This document shows, one piece after another, positions 43,468 to 56,817 of a DNA stretch of 64,000 bases (positions are counted from its first letter, which is position 1; every line of letters starts with the position of its first letter). The stretch is from Eledone cirrhosa (taxonomy: Eukaryota), in assembly GCA_964016885.1 (NCBI GenBank), contig OZ024741.1:82336001-82400000 (forward strand). Direction: 5' to 3'. A program made the translations under genes and the position numbers. Below the pieces are notes generated by a model. The model saw only the letters and a program-made list of their open reading frames with translations, ran no database searches and was not told the origin of the DNA.

Positions 43468-43529
<62 letters not shown>

Positions 43530-44718
43530 CCGTACATTTTACTGATGGGTTCATTAATATTATAGTTATCATTATAATAATGATGTTAATGATATTAATA
43601 ACGAAATAGTACCACATATTGTCTATGTAATTATGATATAATACTTATTCTGTTATTATTGTTATTGCAAAATATATGATATATGGATTCTGTGATATTG
43701 GCATTCTATAAGTGCTCTGAGGAGTTGGATTTTTAGCTCCAATTATTACACCGAGCAAACGTAGAGCCGCACTGTTGATATATCTCATATATCGTACTCC
43801 TTTGCTATTTATGCTCTTAGCTTAATCGGGCATTTTTTGTAAGTTTGTGTGTGAGCTATTTTTAGCGTTACAACTTAACACGTTTGCCCTATCGAACGTT
43901 GGAATTGTATTTTTACTCTACACGTAGCCTGAGCAAAAATGTTCCTACCGATCGTTTGGAACGAATATTTTTCTAGAATTACCAGATGTTTACTGATGAT
44001 ATCTAGTTCTTGGCTTCCCCATTATCTGATGTTAATTGACAGTAAATGTTGATGATATTTGATAGTACGAAATAGTACCATATAGGCTTCATAAAAACTT
44101 AGTGTCTATGTAAGTATAATACTTATTCTGTCCGTCTGTTTTTTTAGATTAATTCTATTGTTCTATGCACAATATTCGGTATGTGGTTTCATATGATATT
44201 GGCAGTCTGCAGGCGCTATCGAGGACTTGATTTTTTATCTTCAGTTCCCTCGTCGAGCGACCAGAGAGCCGGATCATTGTTATATATTATATATGGTCTC
44301 TTTAAATATATATATATGTGTGTGTATGTGGGGGGGGGGGGGGGGTATGTGTGTGTTTGTATATTTGCGTGTGTATGTATATCTCTGTGTCTGTATATTA
44401 TATGCATATGTATATGCATATATATATATATATATATTGGTTAAGAGAGTGGGACTGGCTTTGTGCACTGTCTTTGCTCACTATAAAAGCTTCACGGCAC
44501 AGGCATTGCTTTATATCTGGAGATCTCTCTGCACTTGTCGTCACATGGTACCATGGGCCCACCACTATGTGTCAATAATTGTCACAAGTGTAGTGTTTGT
44601 ACCAGAGTTTTCAAGTCGCTGGCTGGATTAAAAAGTCACACTCGTTCAGTACATCGGTAGGGGGTTCTCCTACATGGATATAAAGTAGTAACCGTACTCG
44701 AAAACGAGTTGGCAGCCA

Positions 44719-44775
<57 letters not shown>

Positions 44776-45976
44776 AAATATATTGGTCTACACAGTATGT
44801 GGTTAGTGGATGGTACATAATATATATTACAGTTTAGATTTGATAAAATATCTGTCGGAAATAAAAAGAAACAACACGGTGATAAGACAAAAAACAAAAA
44901 AAATAAAATATTTGTTGTTGAAGTATTTGATGCCAGTGTGACTCTTAGCTGGAAATATAAGCAATGCAGTTCTAGCCATAAAATTTTAACTAGAATTCTA
45001 TTCCTAGCTTGAACTGTACTGCAGCTGGAAAATTGATTAATTGTTAAAGAGTAAAAGAAAGTTTTTACCAAAGATGTTTCTACGATATGCATATAATAGG
45101 AACAGCAGGTGTGTAGTATTATTTCAAGTAGACTTTTGCACAATAACAGACACTATGAAAAATAAGCATATAACAAAATATAATTAAAAAAATATCCCTA
45201 ATGTCTTGAGTGATGATTATTCAAACACTCTCAATTGGCGCAGTAATTTAATAAAGACCAATGTTTAGAATTCATAACTAGAACGTATTTGGAGACAGGG
45301 GAAGTTTACACATTTTTTATATCTTATTCAACTGACGAAGATTCTCTGCAAATTACAACCATTTCAGACATGAATGCAAGAGATGAAAATATCACGACCC
45401 TCCCGTTAAGGTTAACTATATGTATGGCCCTAAAGAATTCATCTCCAAGACACACACACTGTTTTTCTTTTTTGAATGACTGGCAGTTGCCTATGCATGC
45501 AAGTCTCCCCACACCAATTATTTACTGTAGAACACTAGAACACGAGAAATACAAATAGTGATACAGTAAAGAGTCACTGTCGTTTATAATCTGTTTTCCA
45601 ACTGAATCGAATGGAGCAACGTGAAATGAGATACGTCAGGCTTCCATATAACAATGCTTATAGATACTTTACCTTTCTATTGTTGGTTTCTTTAGACCCA
45701 GCTCATACTTGAGCGAGCTAAAATTTGATCATAAGCATTTCATCTCCGAATATACTGTCTTTAATTTTAATTATTTAGAGATAATGTGGTTTTCTCTGTC
45801 TACGATTGTAGCATATGAGTTGGGGGAGGTTTGGCTCCTATTTCTAGTATATCAAGCGCTTACATAGAGATCCCTATATTGAATTTTGACTGGCATTCGT
45901 ATTATTGGTAGGGACGACGTAGCATGAATGTGGGTGGTAAACTCACAGATAGAAAAAAGTACGTATTAATACGCAC

Positions 45977-46012
<36 letters not shown>

Positions 46013-46049
46013 GTATATACAGTATTTACGTATCGAGAGAGAGAAAAAA

Positions 46050-46313
46050 AGGGGAGGATATGTGATACATATAGTTATTTGCCAAGTAGAGTATGCCAAA
46101 GGTGCTCGATACTAGTGCCGGCAGTATTAAATATTTGAAGTGTTAATATTTAGTGGGCTAGAGAGTTAGCAGAGCGTAAGCACGTGGAAAAGTAAGAAAT
46201 CGGAGAATAGACCATTAAAACATCTTTATTTTAAACAGTACCTACGTACGTTTCGCCCAGTTGGGCTTCTCAAGGCATAAATAATCAAAAGTGTTCCTTA
46301 CATTGCTCGGAAA
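46050..46313 (-). mobile_element. Solo pLTR of the Naiad-type element at 54.3-55.8 kb
   Basis: 46182-46313 is the reverse complement of 55695-55827, with an additional tail. Confidence 0.85.
46239..46277 (-). ncRNA. Minimal hammerhead ribozyme, U3-A8 core
   Basis: tgcc TTGAGAA gccc aact gggc GAAA cgtacg TA ggta; palindromic stem III; AATAAA follows. Confidence 0.8.
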
Positions 46314-46399
46314 TATATATATACATATATAATAGAGTATTGTAGTTTGCTTGAAGCATTGTGGAATAGGAAATACAAATTTAAATAAGTTTAAAAGCC

Positions 46400-46493
<94 letters not shown>

Positions 46494-46497
<4 letters not shown>

Positions 46498-46973
46498 AAG
46501 AAGTATAAGTCAACCGGTTAAAATTAACTTCGTTTATTCATATTCGCCTCTATATATTTTTCGGTGATAGCCATTATTCAACAGCTATGACCTCATGAGG
46601 CAGTTACAAATTGAACAGAAAAAACAGGAAAATATAATGTTGGAATATATTTTACCTTGTTAATTCGTTGATATGTTCAGATCCAGAGGATTAAAACCAC
46701 ATAGTGGATCTGAACAAATCAATGAATTAACAATATAAAATATATTCCAACATTATATGTTCCTCTTTTTTCTTGTCAAGTCCTAACTGCCTGATGAGGT
46801 CACAGAAATATATATAGCAGCGAATATGAATAAACGAAGTTAGTTTTAATCGGTTTACTTACACATCTTGTTTTTACATTACTCCGGAGTAAACAGACCC
46901 ACCTGCACCACACTTTGTTGAGTACTCTAACCGCTAACTGAGTGTCGATAAACAAGCAACATATACTCAAAGT
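46494..46973. mobile_element. Palindromic pLTR insert (about 380 bp palindrome plus tail) with an HHR in each arm
   Basis: Arms 46494-46685 and 46705-46873. HHR at 46787-46820 (+; ctgc CTGATGA...GAAA tatata TA gcag) and 46547-46604 (-). Confidence 0.82.
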
Positions 46974-47550
46974 TATATATATATATAGAGAGAGAGAGAT
47001 AGATGTACATGTATATATATATATGTGTGTAGTATATATACATATACATACAGGTATATATTACGAGACAATATTTGCATTTCAACAGCAAAGATGATCA
47101 TAAAAAATGATCCACGTGTCCGTCAACTTGCAAGAATTAGAAGGTATATGTCCGACAAATATTACCCTAAAATATGAAGTAATCATCGGATATTGTATGT
47201 TTCTGTAATAGACGTTTGAGGATAATAAATGATTATCGTCCATCATTTAAGAACAATTGGAGGTGATTTGATGGAATGTTAACTGTTAATCCTAGTGTGT
47301 CGAGTAAACACATATAGGTTAATTCTGATATACTAAAACTGCCATATACATCTCCGTAAGTAAATAGTAGTACTATTTGACGTAATTCGCTGCCTATATC
47401 ATGAAATCAAAGAAATATTCGTATCACACAAACGAATCTCCCAAACACACGCACGTCCACGAACAAATACATACATACAAACAGACAGAAGCGCATATAT
47501 ATGGTCGAAGAATTTTTGTGTATGTATTGATAGGCATATATATATATATA

Positions 47551-47975
47551 TTAATAAGAGGAATTCCAACTTTGTCTGATTTACTCGTTTTATTTACAAT
47601 CCTTTAAAATTTATAATGTATTATAATGAAATAGTATGATAGAATATTAAATTCTAAGTGTTAATTGAACAAGTACTGTCATGCTTTCGCAATCTTCAGG
47701 TTCATAATATGTGGTGACAGTCAAGTTTGCAATTTTCAACAGTTGAAAATCGCAAATTTGACTGTCACCACATAATATGAACCTGAAGATTGCGAAAGCA
47801 TGAAAGTACTTGTTCAATTAACACTTAGAATTTAATATTCTATCATACTATTTCATTATAATACATTATAAATTTTAAAGGATTGTAAATAAAACGAGTA
47901 AATCAGACAAAGTTGGAATTCCTCTTATTAATATAATCTTCTATACACAATCATACACACCCGTGTATATTTACC
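47551..47975. mobile_element. 381-bp near-perfect palindrome with a minimal HHR in each arm
   Basis: Symmetric about 47741 (47551-47931). tgaac CTGAAGA ttgc GAAA gcatgaaagtac TT gttca at 47778-47816; mirror at 47666-47704. Confidence 0.82.
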
Positions 47976-47981
47976 TATCTA

Positions 47982-48013
<32 letters not shown>

Positions 48014-48016
<3 letters not shown>

Positions 48017-50063
48017 TTTACTCTTTTACTCTTTTACCTGTTCCAGCCATCCGGCTGAGGTCAAGGTGCGGCACTGCCCTTGTTGCTACACATTTTATCT
48101 CCAGTCTGTATTGGTTGGCCACTGGTGAAAGAGGGAGTTTGTTGCTGCTGCCCTTAGGTTTCCCTCGTGCCTTGCTGTGGGCTCATCCGGGATCCTGGAT
48201 GGCAAGATGTCGAGGTGTTTCTTGAAGACATCCACCTCCACACCATGAAGATCACTCAGATCCCTCGGCAGCTTGTTGAAGTTTGAGGGCCCTTGAATCC
48301 CAGGCTATAGCATATTTCTGCTTATGTGCCAAAGTTTGGTGCTAGTCTCTCCAGGATTTTCCACATGTAGATCACTGCGTATCTCTCCCGTCTTCGTTCC
48401 AAGGAGTAGAGGTTCAATTCTTTTAGCCTCTCCCAGTAGCTTGTCTCCTTCATCGTGGCAATCCTCTTGGTGTAGCTTCGCTGGATTGCCTCCAGCTCCG
48501 TGGTTAGTTTGACACTATGGGGTGACCACAACTGGGAGCAATAGTCCAGGCGGCTTAGGACAAACGTTCTCCCTAGTGTCAACATGGTATCCCGGTCTTT
48601 TGTCCGGAAAGTCCTCAATATCCAGCCAGCGAGTCGTCTGCACATTGTCGCCACTTTCATGATGTGTGAGGAAAAAGATGCATCATCGCTCATGTCTATG
48701 CCCAGGTCTCGTATCGATTTTGACACGGGGATATCGGTCCCTCCTGGTCCTGCGTAACTGTATTGTACTGTATTTGTGTTTGCAGGTATGTATTGTAGGG
48801 CTTGGCATTTGCCAGCATTAAACTCCCTGTTGTTTTCTCCCGCCCATTTGTATATAGCATCCAGATCTTGTTGTAAAAGGGCAGCGTCAGCCGGGTTTTT
48901 GATTGCCTGTGCTACCTTAGTGTCATCAGCATAGCTAGTGAGGGTATGTTGTTGTATGTACTACAGAGGGAATGTCTGAGAGAACCACCAAAAACAGTAG
49001 TGGTCCCAGGACTGTCTCTTGGGGCGCCCCACTTGTTATTGATGTTTCCTTTGAGAGAGCCCCGTTTGCTGCGACTGTCTGACTTCTGTCTTGTAGGAAG
49101 CCATGCAGCCACTCACCTACTTTTCCAGTTATGCCGACACCATGTAGTCTGTGACATATCATTCCGAGGTCGACCTTGTCAAAGGCCTTCGCAAAGTCAA
49201 GATATATCACGTCCACATGTGAGCTGTCTAGCAGTTATTTCAGTACCCAGTCGTAGTGATGTAGCAGCTGTGTAAGGCAGCTTCTTCCTGGGCGGGAGCC
49301 ATGCTGCGTGCTAGTCAGGCGGTCATTTTCCTAGAGGAAAGTGATCAGTTTATTTCTGACGACTCGCACCATGACCTTACTGATATGCGACGTCAGGGAG
49401 ACTGGCCTATTGTTTTTGGCCTCCGCTCTGCTACCTCCTTTATGGATAGGGCATGTTGTGCCTTCTTTCAGCTTCCTGGGTAGTATACCGCTAGCCAAGG
49501 AGCTTCTGAAGAGCATCTTCAGTGGAGTTGCTAAGTCCCGCTTACATGTTTTTAAGAGAACTGCTGGGAATCCATCAGGTCCAGCAGCTGAGTGTTCTAA
49601 TTTCATCTATGGCGTATACCACATCCGCCTCCGTTATGTCTATGTGGTTGATGGTCGACATTTTTACATGTAGTGTTGTGGCATCACAGAACTCCTCTGG
49701 CTTAGTTATTTGAATGTGCGTCAGTGGACATGTGAACACACTTTTGTACTGTTCGTTCAGTATTTCACATATCTCTTGGGGATTCTCGGTTAATGAACCG
49801 TCTGTATGGAAGCGTGGCCCAATCTTGCAGTGTACCGAGGCAGTTTCTTTTGCAAATTTGAAGAAGGCCGTAGGGTTTGTTTTAATGTTTTCTATGGCTC
49901 TGCCTTCTTTCTTTACCCTCTCATTTTCATGGGAAAGTTTGAGTGCAATCTCGGTGTCAAGTAGTGCTCGTTTCAAATAGGATTGCTTCTTGTTTTTGTT
50001 TTCTTGTTGTGCATTCAACTGGTTTGAGAGCTTGGTTCTACGTCTCATAAGGATATTCCTATC
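48014..50063 (-). mobile_element. CR1-group (CR1/L2-like) LINE, 5'-truncated, degenerate
   Basis: AAGPDGFP, RPVSLTS, VIYLDFAKAFDKVD, GAPQETVLGPLLF, YADD, RDLG, RLDYCSQLWSP, YWERLKELNLYSLERRR. Tail (GTAAAAGA)n. Confidence 0.88.
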
Positions 50064-50796
50064 TCTATATATATCTACAAGTGGGTGTGACTGGGTTCGT
50101 TGAAGTGAGGGAGAGCGTGTGTGTGAATATATATATATATGTATGTATGTGGGTGTGTGTGTGTCTACGCATGTAGGCGTACGTGTGTGTATGCACGAAT
50201 GTGTCTGTATCTGCATGTGTGTGTATATGTGTGTGTATATTCGTGTGTGTGGGTGATTTCGCTGGAGTGTGAACAGACGTGTGAGATGCTGAATCCAGCA
50301 TGACTCCATTGAAGTGTGTCAGACGGAAAATGGCTGATGACCCGTGTGGCAGTAAACACTGACCAGAAGTTGTGACGACGTCGAGTAAAAACAGCCAATG
50401 GCATTACAGGAGTGGAAGAGGGTTTTTTGAGGGTGTTTTTTGCTGATAACACGCCAGTGATAAAATTTGCTCCGAACGAATTACACGTGTCTGAAAGAAC
50501 CTGCAGCAGTAGAGACAGCCAGATCCATACAGGGACCATGTCTCGAGCTACCTGCCGGCGAAACAATTGTAACAAGCAATAAATTAAGTCCGGATGCATC
50601 ACTGATTTTTCGTTCTCTTTATACTATATATATATATATAGTCTATCAAAGTTCTTTCGTTGCACCTTGTATTGTGAGTGAACTGTAGCAGCGTGAAACA
50701 GTGTCATGCTCAAGGACACAACGCATGACCGGTCCGAGAATCGAACTCAGTACCACACAATAGCCAGCCAGACGCTCTAACCTGTAAGATATTCGA

Positions 50797-50829
<33 letters not shown>

Positions 50830-50833
50830 TATG

Positions 50834-50931
<98 letters not shown>

Positions 50932-51092
50932 AATATATATATATATATGAGAACCTTAAATATGTAAATACGGGTTCTAACCATCCAGACGCTCTAACCT
51001 GTAAGATATACGAGTGTGTGTGTGTGTGTATGTGTGTATGTATATATATATATATATATGTGAGAAAAATCACAGACCCTCCATCTCAACTC

Positions 51093-51143
51093 TACTTTTT
51101 AAAAGCAGAAGAACTGCGAGACCGGTAAATGAACCAAATAAAT
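51093..51143 (+). ncRNA. Degenerate U3-A8-type hammerhead motif
   Basis: TTTAAAA gcag aagaa ctgc GAGA ccgg TA, then AATAAA. Two core substitutions. Confidence 0.38.
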
Positions 51144-51262
51144 ATATATATTTAAAAAAAAAATAAGACTCCAGTTGCATTTTCGATTTCGTCTCTTTTT
51201 CTTTATACTTTTACTCGTGTAGGACACCGGTTATTTTTCAATTTGTAAAAAAAACACCTCAC

Positions 51263-51356
<94 letters not shown>

Positions 51357-51360
<4 letters not shown>

Positions 51361-53065
51361 ACCTTAAATATGTAAATGCGGTTTCTAACCATCCACCCTC
51401 TATAATTAAATCCATCCCTAGAAATATTTCGCTTAGAATCTCCCGCCCGTCGTCCAACTAGCAAACCTTCAACGAACATGCCGAATATTATGATGATGCA
51501 ATTAGGAAGACTGGACACCTAGATAATATAGAGTATATAGTCGACGATTACCAAAACACCCAAAATAAATCTCATAGAGGTAGAAATAGCATAGATCTCC
51601 ACCATATATACACTACCGCAATAGACACACTAATAGTCGCACACCACCAAACAGAAGGCGATGTAAAGAGTATATATGGTACAACCCGGTCTATAACAAC
51701 TCTATTAAAACCAATCTACCCTCACAATTCTTTCGATTAGTTAAAAAAACATTTTCCAACATCACATAAATATAATAACATCTTAAACCCTAACACTATT
51801 CGACTTTCATATTCAACCGCCCCTGATATTGAACAACATATAAACAAGCTTAACGCAAAACGGTTGTATAAACGCCTTCCAACACATAACAATACACGTT
51901 AAACATCGGCTATAACATCACAAAACAACAAACAACATCCCGTCCTGCCTAAGCAACCTCATCAACCCATCAATAGTAATACAACATAGCAAAATTATAA
52001 CTGTAACTGTGTCCAACAAGGAATGTGTCCGTTGAACAATCAGTGTCTTGAACGCAACATCATATACAAATGTACTATCGAATCGGGTAGCCAGAAGTGG
52101 TACTATGTGGGGTCTACAGCTACCTCCTTCAAATCTCGCCTTTATAGACATCGTTACTCGATAAAACATGAAAACCAGCGTTATGTAACAACACTCGCAG
52201 ACAAGGCTTGCAGCTGCGCGAAAATAACCAACAATTTAACCTAAAATGGGATATAATAGCGCTGCCCCTGCATATTTCCAAGGACAGGAATTTTGTAAGT
52301 TGTGTAATATGGAATTGTTTTGTATTATGAAATCCAAAAATATGTTATTAAATAACAGAATAGAGCGATCGTTGTACTGTAACCATCGCTTGAAATCTAC
52401 ATTTTCATATTACAAACGCTACCAGGATTGTACGCCTGTCTCCATCTCCGTTTGATTGTCAAAATACATATTAGCATTCTCTATTAGTCTTACTTCTATC
52501 AACTGTTCTATTATTTACCATTTAATATAAACTGCTATAGATAAAATGAGATTTCTTAATTCAATTCCCTAATGCATATACCAGCATTGTTGTTATACAG
52601 TAGCAGTGAAAATCTCCCTCTTCCTTAATTGACACTTTATATCTGTATTAATACTACTACACCAAATAACCAGCCCTGTCCATTGTTCAATTGGTCAAAT
52701 ATAGATTAAAATAGGCACTCCCAAAAATTCTTATTTAGATAAAATAAGCCATATACTCATGTATTCTCATTAAAAACCTTCTATATACTTGTTTACCAGC
52801 AAATTGAATTGTCATCTGTCATATACTATCCCCTCTCTTCTTGCTTTCTTACAACTAATATAAATACTTCAATTTTTCTGATTTTTTCCAATTTATCCAA
52901 TATCTCTGAAGAAGTGACAACTGATTATACATTTGCTATCGAATACTTGCTAACATTATATGATTACGCAAGCAGCGATACATAGGTATTCCGTCTGTTA
53001 CAGAAACATATGTCAATACCTAATAAATTCCTTTATAAAGGCACTTTCATTTAAATTCATATTTT

Positions 53066-53068
<3 letters not shown>
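51357..53068 (+). mobile_element. Penelope-like element (Naiad-type), 5'-truncated, in (TA)n
   Basis: Manual translation: RT thumb YVNAVSNHPPSIIKSIP...RIS, IWYNPVY, Cys linker CNC-x5-CP-x4-C, GIY-YIG IIY...YVGST.TSFKSR...H, C-terminal CKLC...E...CNH. 3' HHR and AATAAA. Confidence 0.88.
52901..53018 (+). ncRNA. Hammerhead ribozyme with about 90-nt stem II
   Basis: tatct CTGAAGA a gtgaca...tgttac a GAAA catatg TC aata; AATAAA at 53022. Confidence 0.65.
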
Positions 53069-53130
<62 letters not shown>

Positions 53131-53139
53131 TAATATAAT

Positions 53140-53812
53140 ATAAGTTAACACAATGAAATAAAAAATCAAGTCATCACTGCTTTACGATCGATTCTAGCTG
53201 ATGATAATACATTGTAGCTATACTCAGTAATTGATCTATGTACGGTTATTTACAAATTATCAAATAAAGAGAATATTTTCTTAAATGCATATCACCAGCT
53301 GTTTTCAAAAGCAATAATAATTTTATTCAATATTGATTTTATTCATAATTAGTAGTATGTTCGTATCATGTCCTTATTTCGTGGTGGTTGAAGAACTAAC
53401 GATTCAAATTGTTTTTTCATATGGTGTTAAGATGAAAAGTAATATACTTTAGTTGGAGTCATGAACCTTTGAAAGGAATGGTTGAAGGGTGTTAATAGTG
53501 GATTTGGCATAAAAATCTATTAGGAGGAAAGGGATTGTCAAACTGATAGTTGAATGTATCTGGTATAGTGAATTTAAAAGGAATGTCAAAATAAATGGTG
53601 ATTAGTGTTGTATTGAGTTTTAAGGTGAATATAAATTAAAGTTATGGCTAGGAAATATAGTATATTAAAAGATGAACATTATAATAAGATAAAGAAATAC
53701 AGTAATGCGATAATATACAACTTAAGCAACACAATATAGTACTGTGTGGTAAATTGCATTTAGTATAATATATCATATGATACGCTGTAAAATACTATCA
53801 AGTACGTTAATG
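53140..53812 (-). mobile_element. 3' non-coding end of another Penelope-like family
   Basis: Homologous to the 36980 palindrome; carries an HHR; its 3' end abuts (TA)n. The 5' boundary is uncertain. Confidence 0.6.
53176..53315 (-). ncRNA. Hammerhead ribozyme, U3-A8 core, about 105-nt stem II
   Basis: attgctt TTGAAAA c agctggtgat...atcatcagct a GAAT cgatcg TA aagcagt. The homolog at 37105 has GAAA. Confidence 0.7.
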
Positions 53813-53814
53813 CA

Positions 53815-53975
53815 TAAATAATTGTTTCTACTTTAGGCACAAGGCCAGCAATTAACCAGTCCAGTGCATTACTGGTACTTTTATTTTATCGACCCCGTAA
53901 GGATGAAAGGCAAAGTCAACCTCGGCGGGATTTGAACTCAGATGGTAAAGGGACGTAACTATGCTGCCAATCCAC
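53815..53975 (-). mobile_element. SINE copy (2203 family)
   Basis: Reverse complement of B-box, core and 3' end. Confidence 0.8.
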
Positions 53976-54326
53976 AATGAAACTCAGATAAATACATGTT
54001 GGCATAGTTAAAATACATACATTTTATAGATTACAAAGTGCATATATCCACACTAGCCCTAGAAACCCTCCTCCCTCATAAAACGAACGTTATAGTAAGC
54101 CATACCTATAACCGATCACGCGGCGACCTCGTTGAAGTCGGATATAATAGAATAGATAATCGCACTAAAGATCACGACCCCGGCGACGGTGACCACTTGA
54201 AAATTACTCGAACTATTTCCCTACTAGAAAACCAACAAAGGCGACGGCCTACTACCAACGCCTTCCAACCAACATCTTCCTGTACATAAACATGGAAGAA
54301 AGAAGAAGAGTAAACTCGAGCATAAA

Positions 54327-55827
54327 GTGAAAGGGGCACCTAACGGGCTACAACGCATTAACATACATAAGAGCGGACACCTAGATGGAACCACCTGTAG
54401 CAAACGTACAAGGACACGTAATCGCCACCGTAACGTCCTATGGTTACACCCCCCCCCCTACTCTCGGAGTGTGGTCTCCAACATACCTCGGATATTCTTC
54501 GAAGCCTTAGAGAAGAATTTCCCGCCCAACCATAGGTATAGAAAAATTCTTAATAGGAACAATATAAAAATATCCTTCTCTACTACACCTAACCTAGCAG
54601 ACATCATAGGAACAACGAACCACAGTAAGATCACCAAGACACAACACCTTAGCACAGACGTACCTACACCTGACAGTAACTATATCGGCCTTAACAACTC
54701 TCTAGCAGCATCCAATAGTGCTGGCAACGGCCTCCGCAGACGCAACCAGCATAACCGCGAAATGACTGGGGAACATGCAGGACGTGACGTGCGGAATAAC
54801 AATCGCTCCACCCCGCGTGCTGTCGGTTGTAATGGTGCTAACAACAGCTGCGGGAGCGTAGGTAACAACGTAGGCAGCAACAATGAGAGCCTTACCGTGG
54901 GAAATAGATCGAACTGCGACAGAAGTTGCAACTGCCGCGACAGAGGACGCTGCCCCCTTACAGGATACTGCTTGACTGATAGGGTTATATATAGATGCAC
55001 TGTAACTAGCCACAATAGCGTTAAACATTATATAGGGGCTACCTCCGGTCCGTTCAAAATTAGGTTTCGAACACATCTCCACACTTTCACAAATAAAAAA
55101 ACTAAGACACTCCACTTCGCTCGCGGACTACATCACATCACTAAAGGACTTAAACATCAGCCTCTCCACGCACTGGGATATCGTCGGCAGGGCTGCACCG
55201 TACAACTTCAAGTGGAAGTGCGATCTTTGCCTCGTGGAGCTCGACCACATCATAACTGGGCCCCACGAGCTCATCAACAGCAGAGCTTAAACAGGGATTA
55301 GTTGTACACATCGCTTAAAAATATCCTTCTTTAGATGGGTTAAGGATGAGCAGTGAAACAGTGCACCGGATCTCACTGCAACAAGTTTTAACACCCCGGC
55401 GGGCAGGCGCTGCAAACTAACACCCAGGAAACTAACCCTGCATAACAGACCCAGCCTCAAACGCCCCAGACAAACAGGTGCGGAAAAACAAACGTCTCAA
55501 AATAAGCGTTGGTTACATGACCCTGTGCGTATCGACAATGGTAAGGTTGTAACCTCATCTTGTAACGGATAAAAATTTGTCCGGGAAAGGCTGCCCTAAC
55601 ACCGGCCAGAGTTACCTCTGTTGACCTGCTGCAAAATCAAAACAAGCTATTTTTGAGAGCAATGAACCTTGACTTGAATTTAACCCCCAATCTCTTTCCG
55701 AGCAATGTAAGAAACGCTTTTGGTTATTTCTGCCCTTGAGAAGCCCAGCTGGGCGAAACGTACGTAGGTGGTGTTTTAAATAAACATGTTTTAACGCTCT
55801 ATTCTCCGATTTCTTACTTTTCCACGT
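54327..55827 (+). mobile_element. Penelope-like element (Naiad-type), 5'-truncated
   Basis: ORF 54327..55301: HKSGHLD, RNVLWLHPPPYS, KILNRNNIKISFS, CNCRDRGRCPLTGYC, VIY...YIGAT.GPFKIRF..H (GIY-YIG). 3' HHR, AATAAA and (TA)n. Confidence 0.9.
55731..55771 (+). ncRNA. Minimal hammerhead ribozyme, U3-A8 core
   Basis: tgccc TTGAGAA gccc agct gggc GAAA cgtacg TA ggtgg. Confidence 0.78.
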
Positions 55828-55835
55828 ATATATAG

Positions 55836-55913
<78 letters not shown>

Positions 55914-55923
55914 TGCATATATA

Positions 55924-56817
55924 CGAGGTGTGTCAGAAAAGTTTCAGGACTGATGTCACAAAAGATTTATTTCAAACCCAAACTTCACACTAATAGTTTT
56001 CTCCTTCAAAGTAATCACCCTGGAGTATGTAATTGTAATCTTAGCTCTCTGCAGCGATCAAACTTTTTTCTTCATAATTTTAAACACATGTCCTCTGTTT
56101 CAGGTCGTGAAGCAATGAGCACAGAGCAACGAACAAATTTGAAAACTCTGTCAGAAGCACTGGGATTGCTGCAGCAAGTGTATGGAGATGAGAAGATGTC
56201 ACGCTCACGTGTTTTTGAGTGGTGCAAGACGTTTAAAAAAGGACGCGAGTACGTTGAAGATGATCCCAGGAGTGGAAGGCCCTCAACAACAAAGACTGAG
56301 GTCAACGTTGAGCGCGTCAGGCAGATGGTGCGTAGCGATCGTCGGCTGACTGTTCGACTGCTGGCAAATGAGCTGGGCATGAATCGGGACAGCGTCTGGA
56401 AGATTCTCACTGAAGATTTGGACATGCAGAAAGTCTCCGCGAAGATGGTGCCAAAACTGCTGCACGATGACCAGAAGGGTCGACGCATGCAAATGTGCCA
56501 GGACATCCTCGAGAGTCTTGAAACCGAACCAGACTTGCTAGGGACAGTCATCATCGGTGATCAGTCATGGATCTTCGAGTACGCCCCCGAGGGAACCCGT
56601 TTTGAAGACGTGGACGACATCAAAAAGGCCGTGACGACGGAATTGCGGAGGATCCCGGAAGAATCCTTGCAGAAGTGCATGCAAGCGTGACAGAAAAGGA
56701 TGGAAAAGTGCATTAAACTTCAAGGGGATACTTTGAAGGAGAAAAAACTCAGTATGAAGTTTGGGTTTGAAATAAATCTTTTGTGACAGCAGTCCTGGAA
56801 CTTTTCTGACCCACCTC

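Noticed and set aside
43600-44240. Diverged direct repeat (about 43600-43740 and 44068-44240) as another terminally redundant element
   Set aside because: Too diverged, with no ribozyme motif or clear boundaries.
51357-55301. Endonuclease-only (RT-less) Penelope-like elements as a new class
   Set aside because: Manual translation from 51357 gives the RT thumb (YVNAVSNHPPSIIKSIP...RKTGHLD) and the second copy has the matching HKSGHLD, so ordinary 5' truncation explains both.
51990-55320. Selenocysteine-coding Naiad with a SECIS element
   Set aside because: The conserved Cys codons I checked are TGT/TGC, not TGA, and no convincing SECIS geometry was seen in the 3' UTRs.
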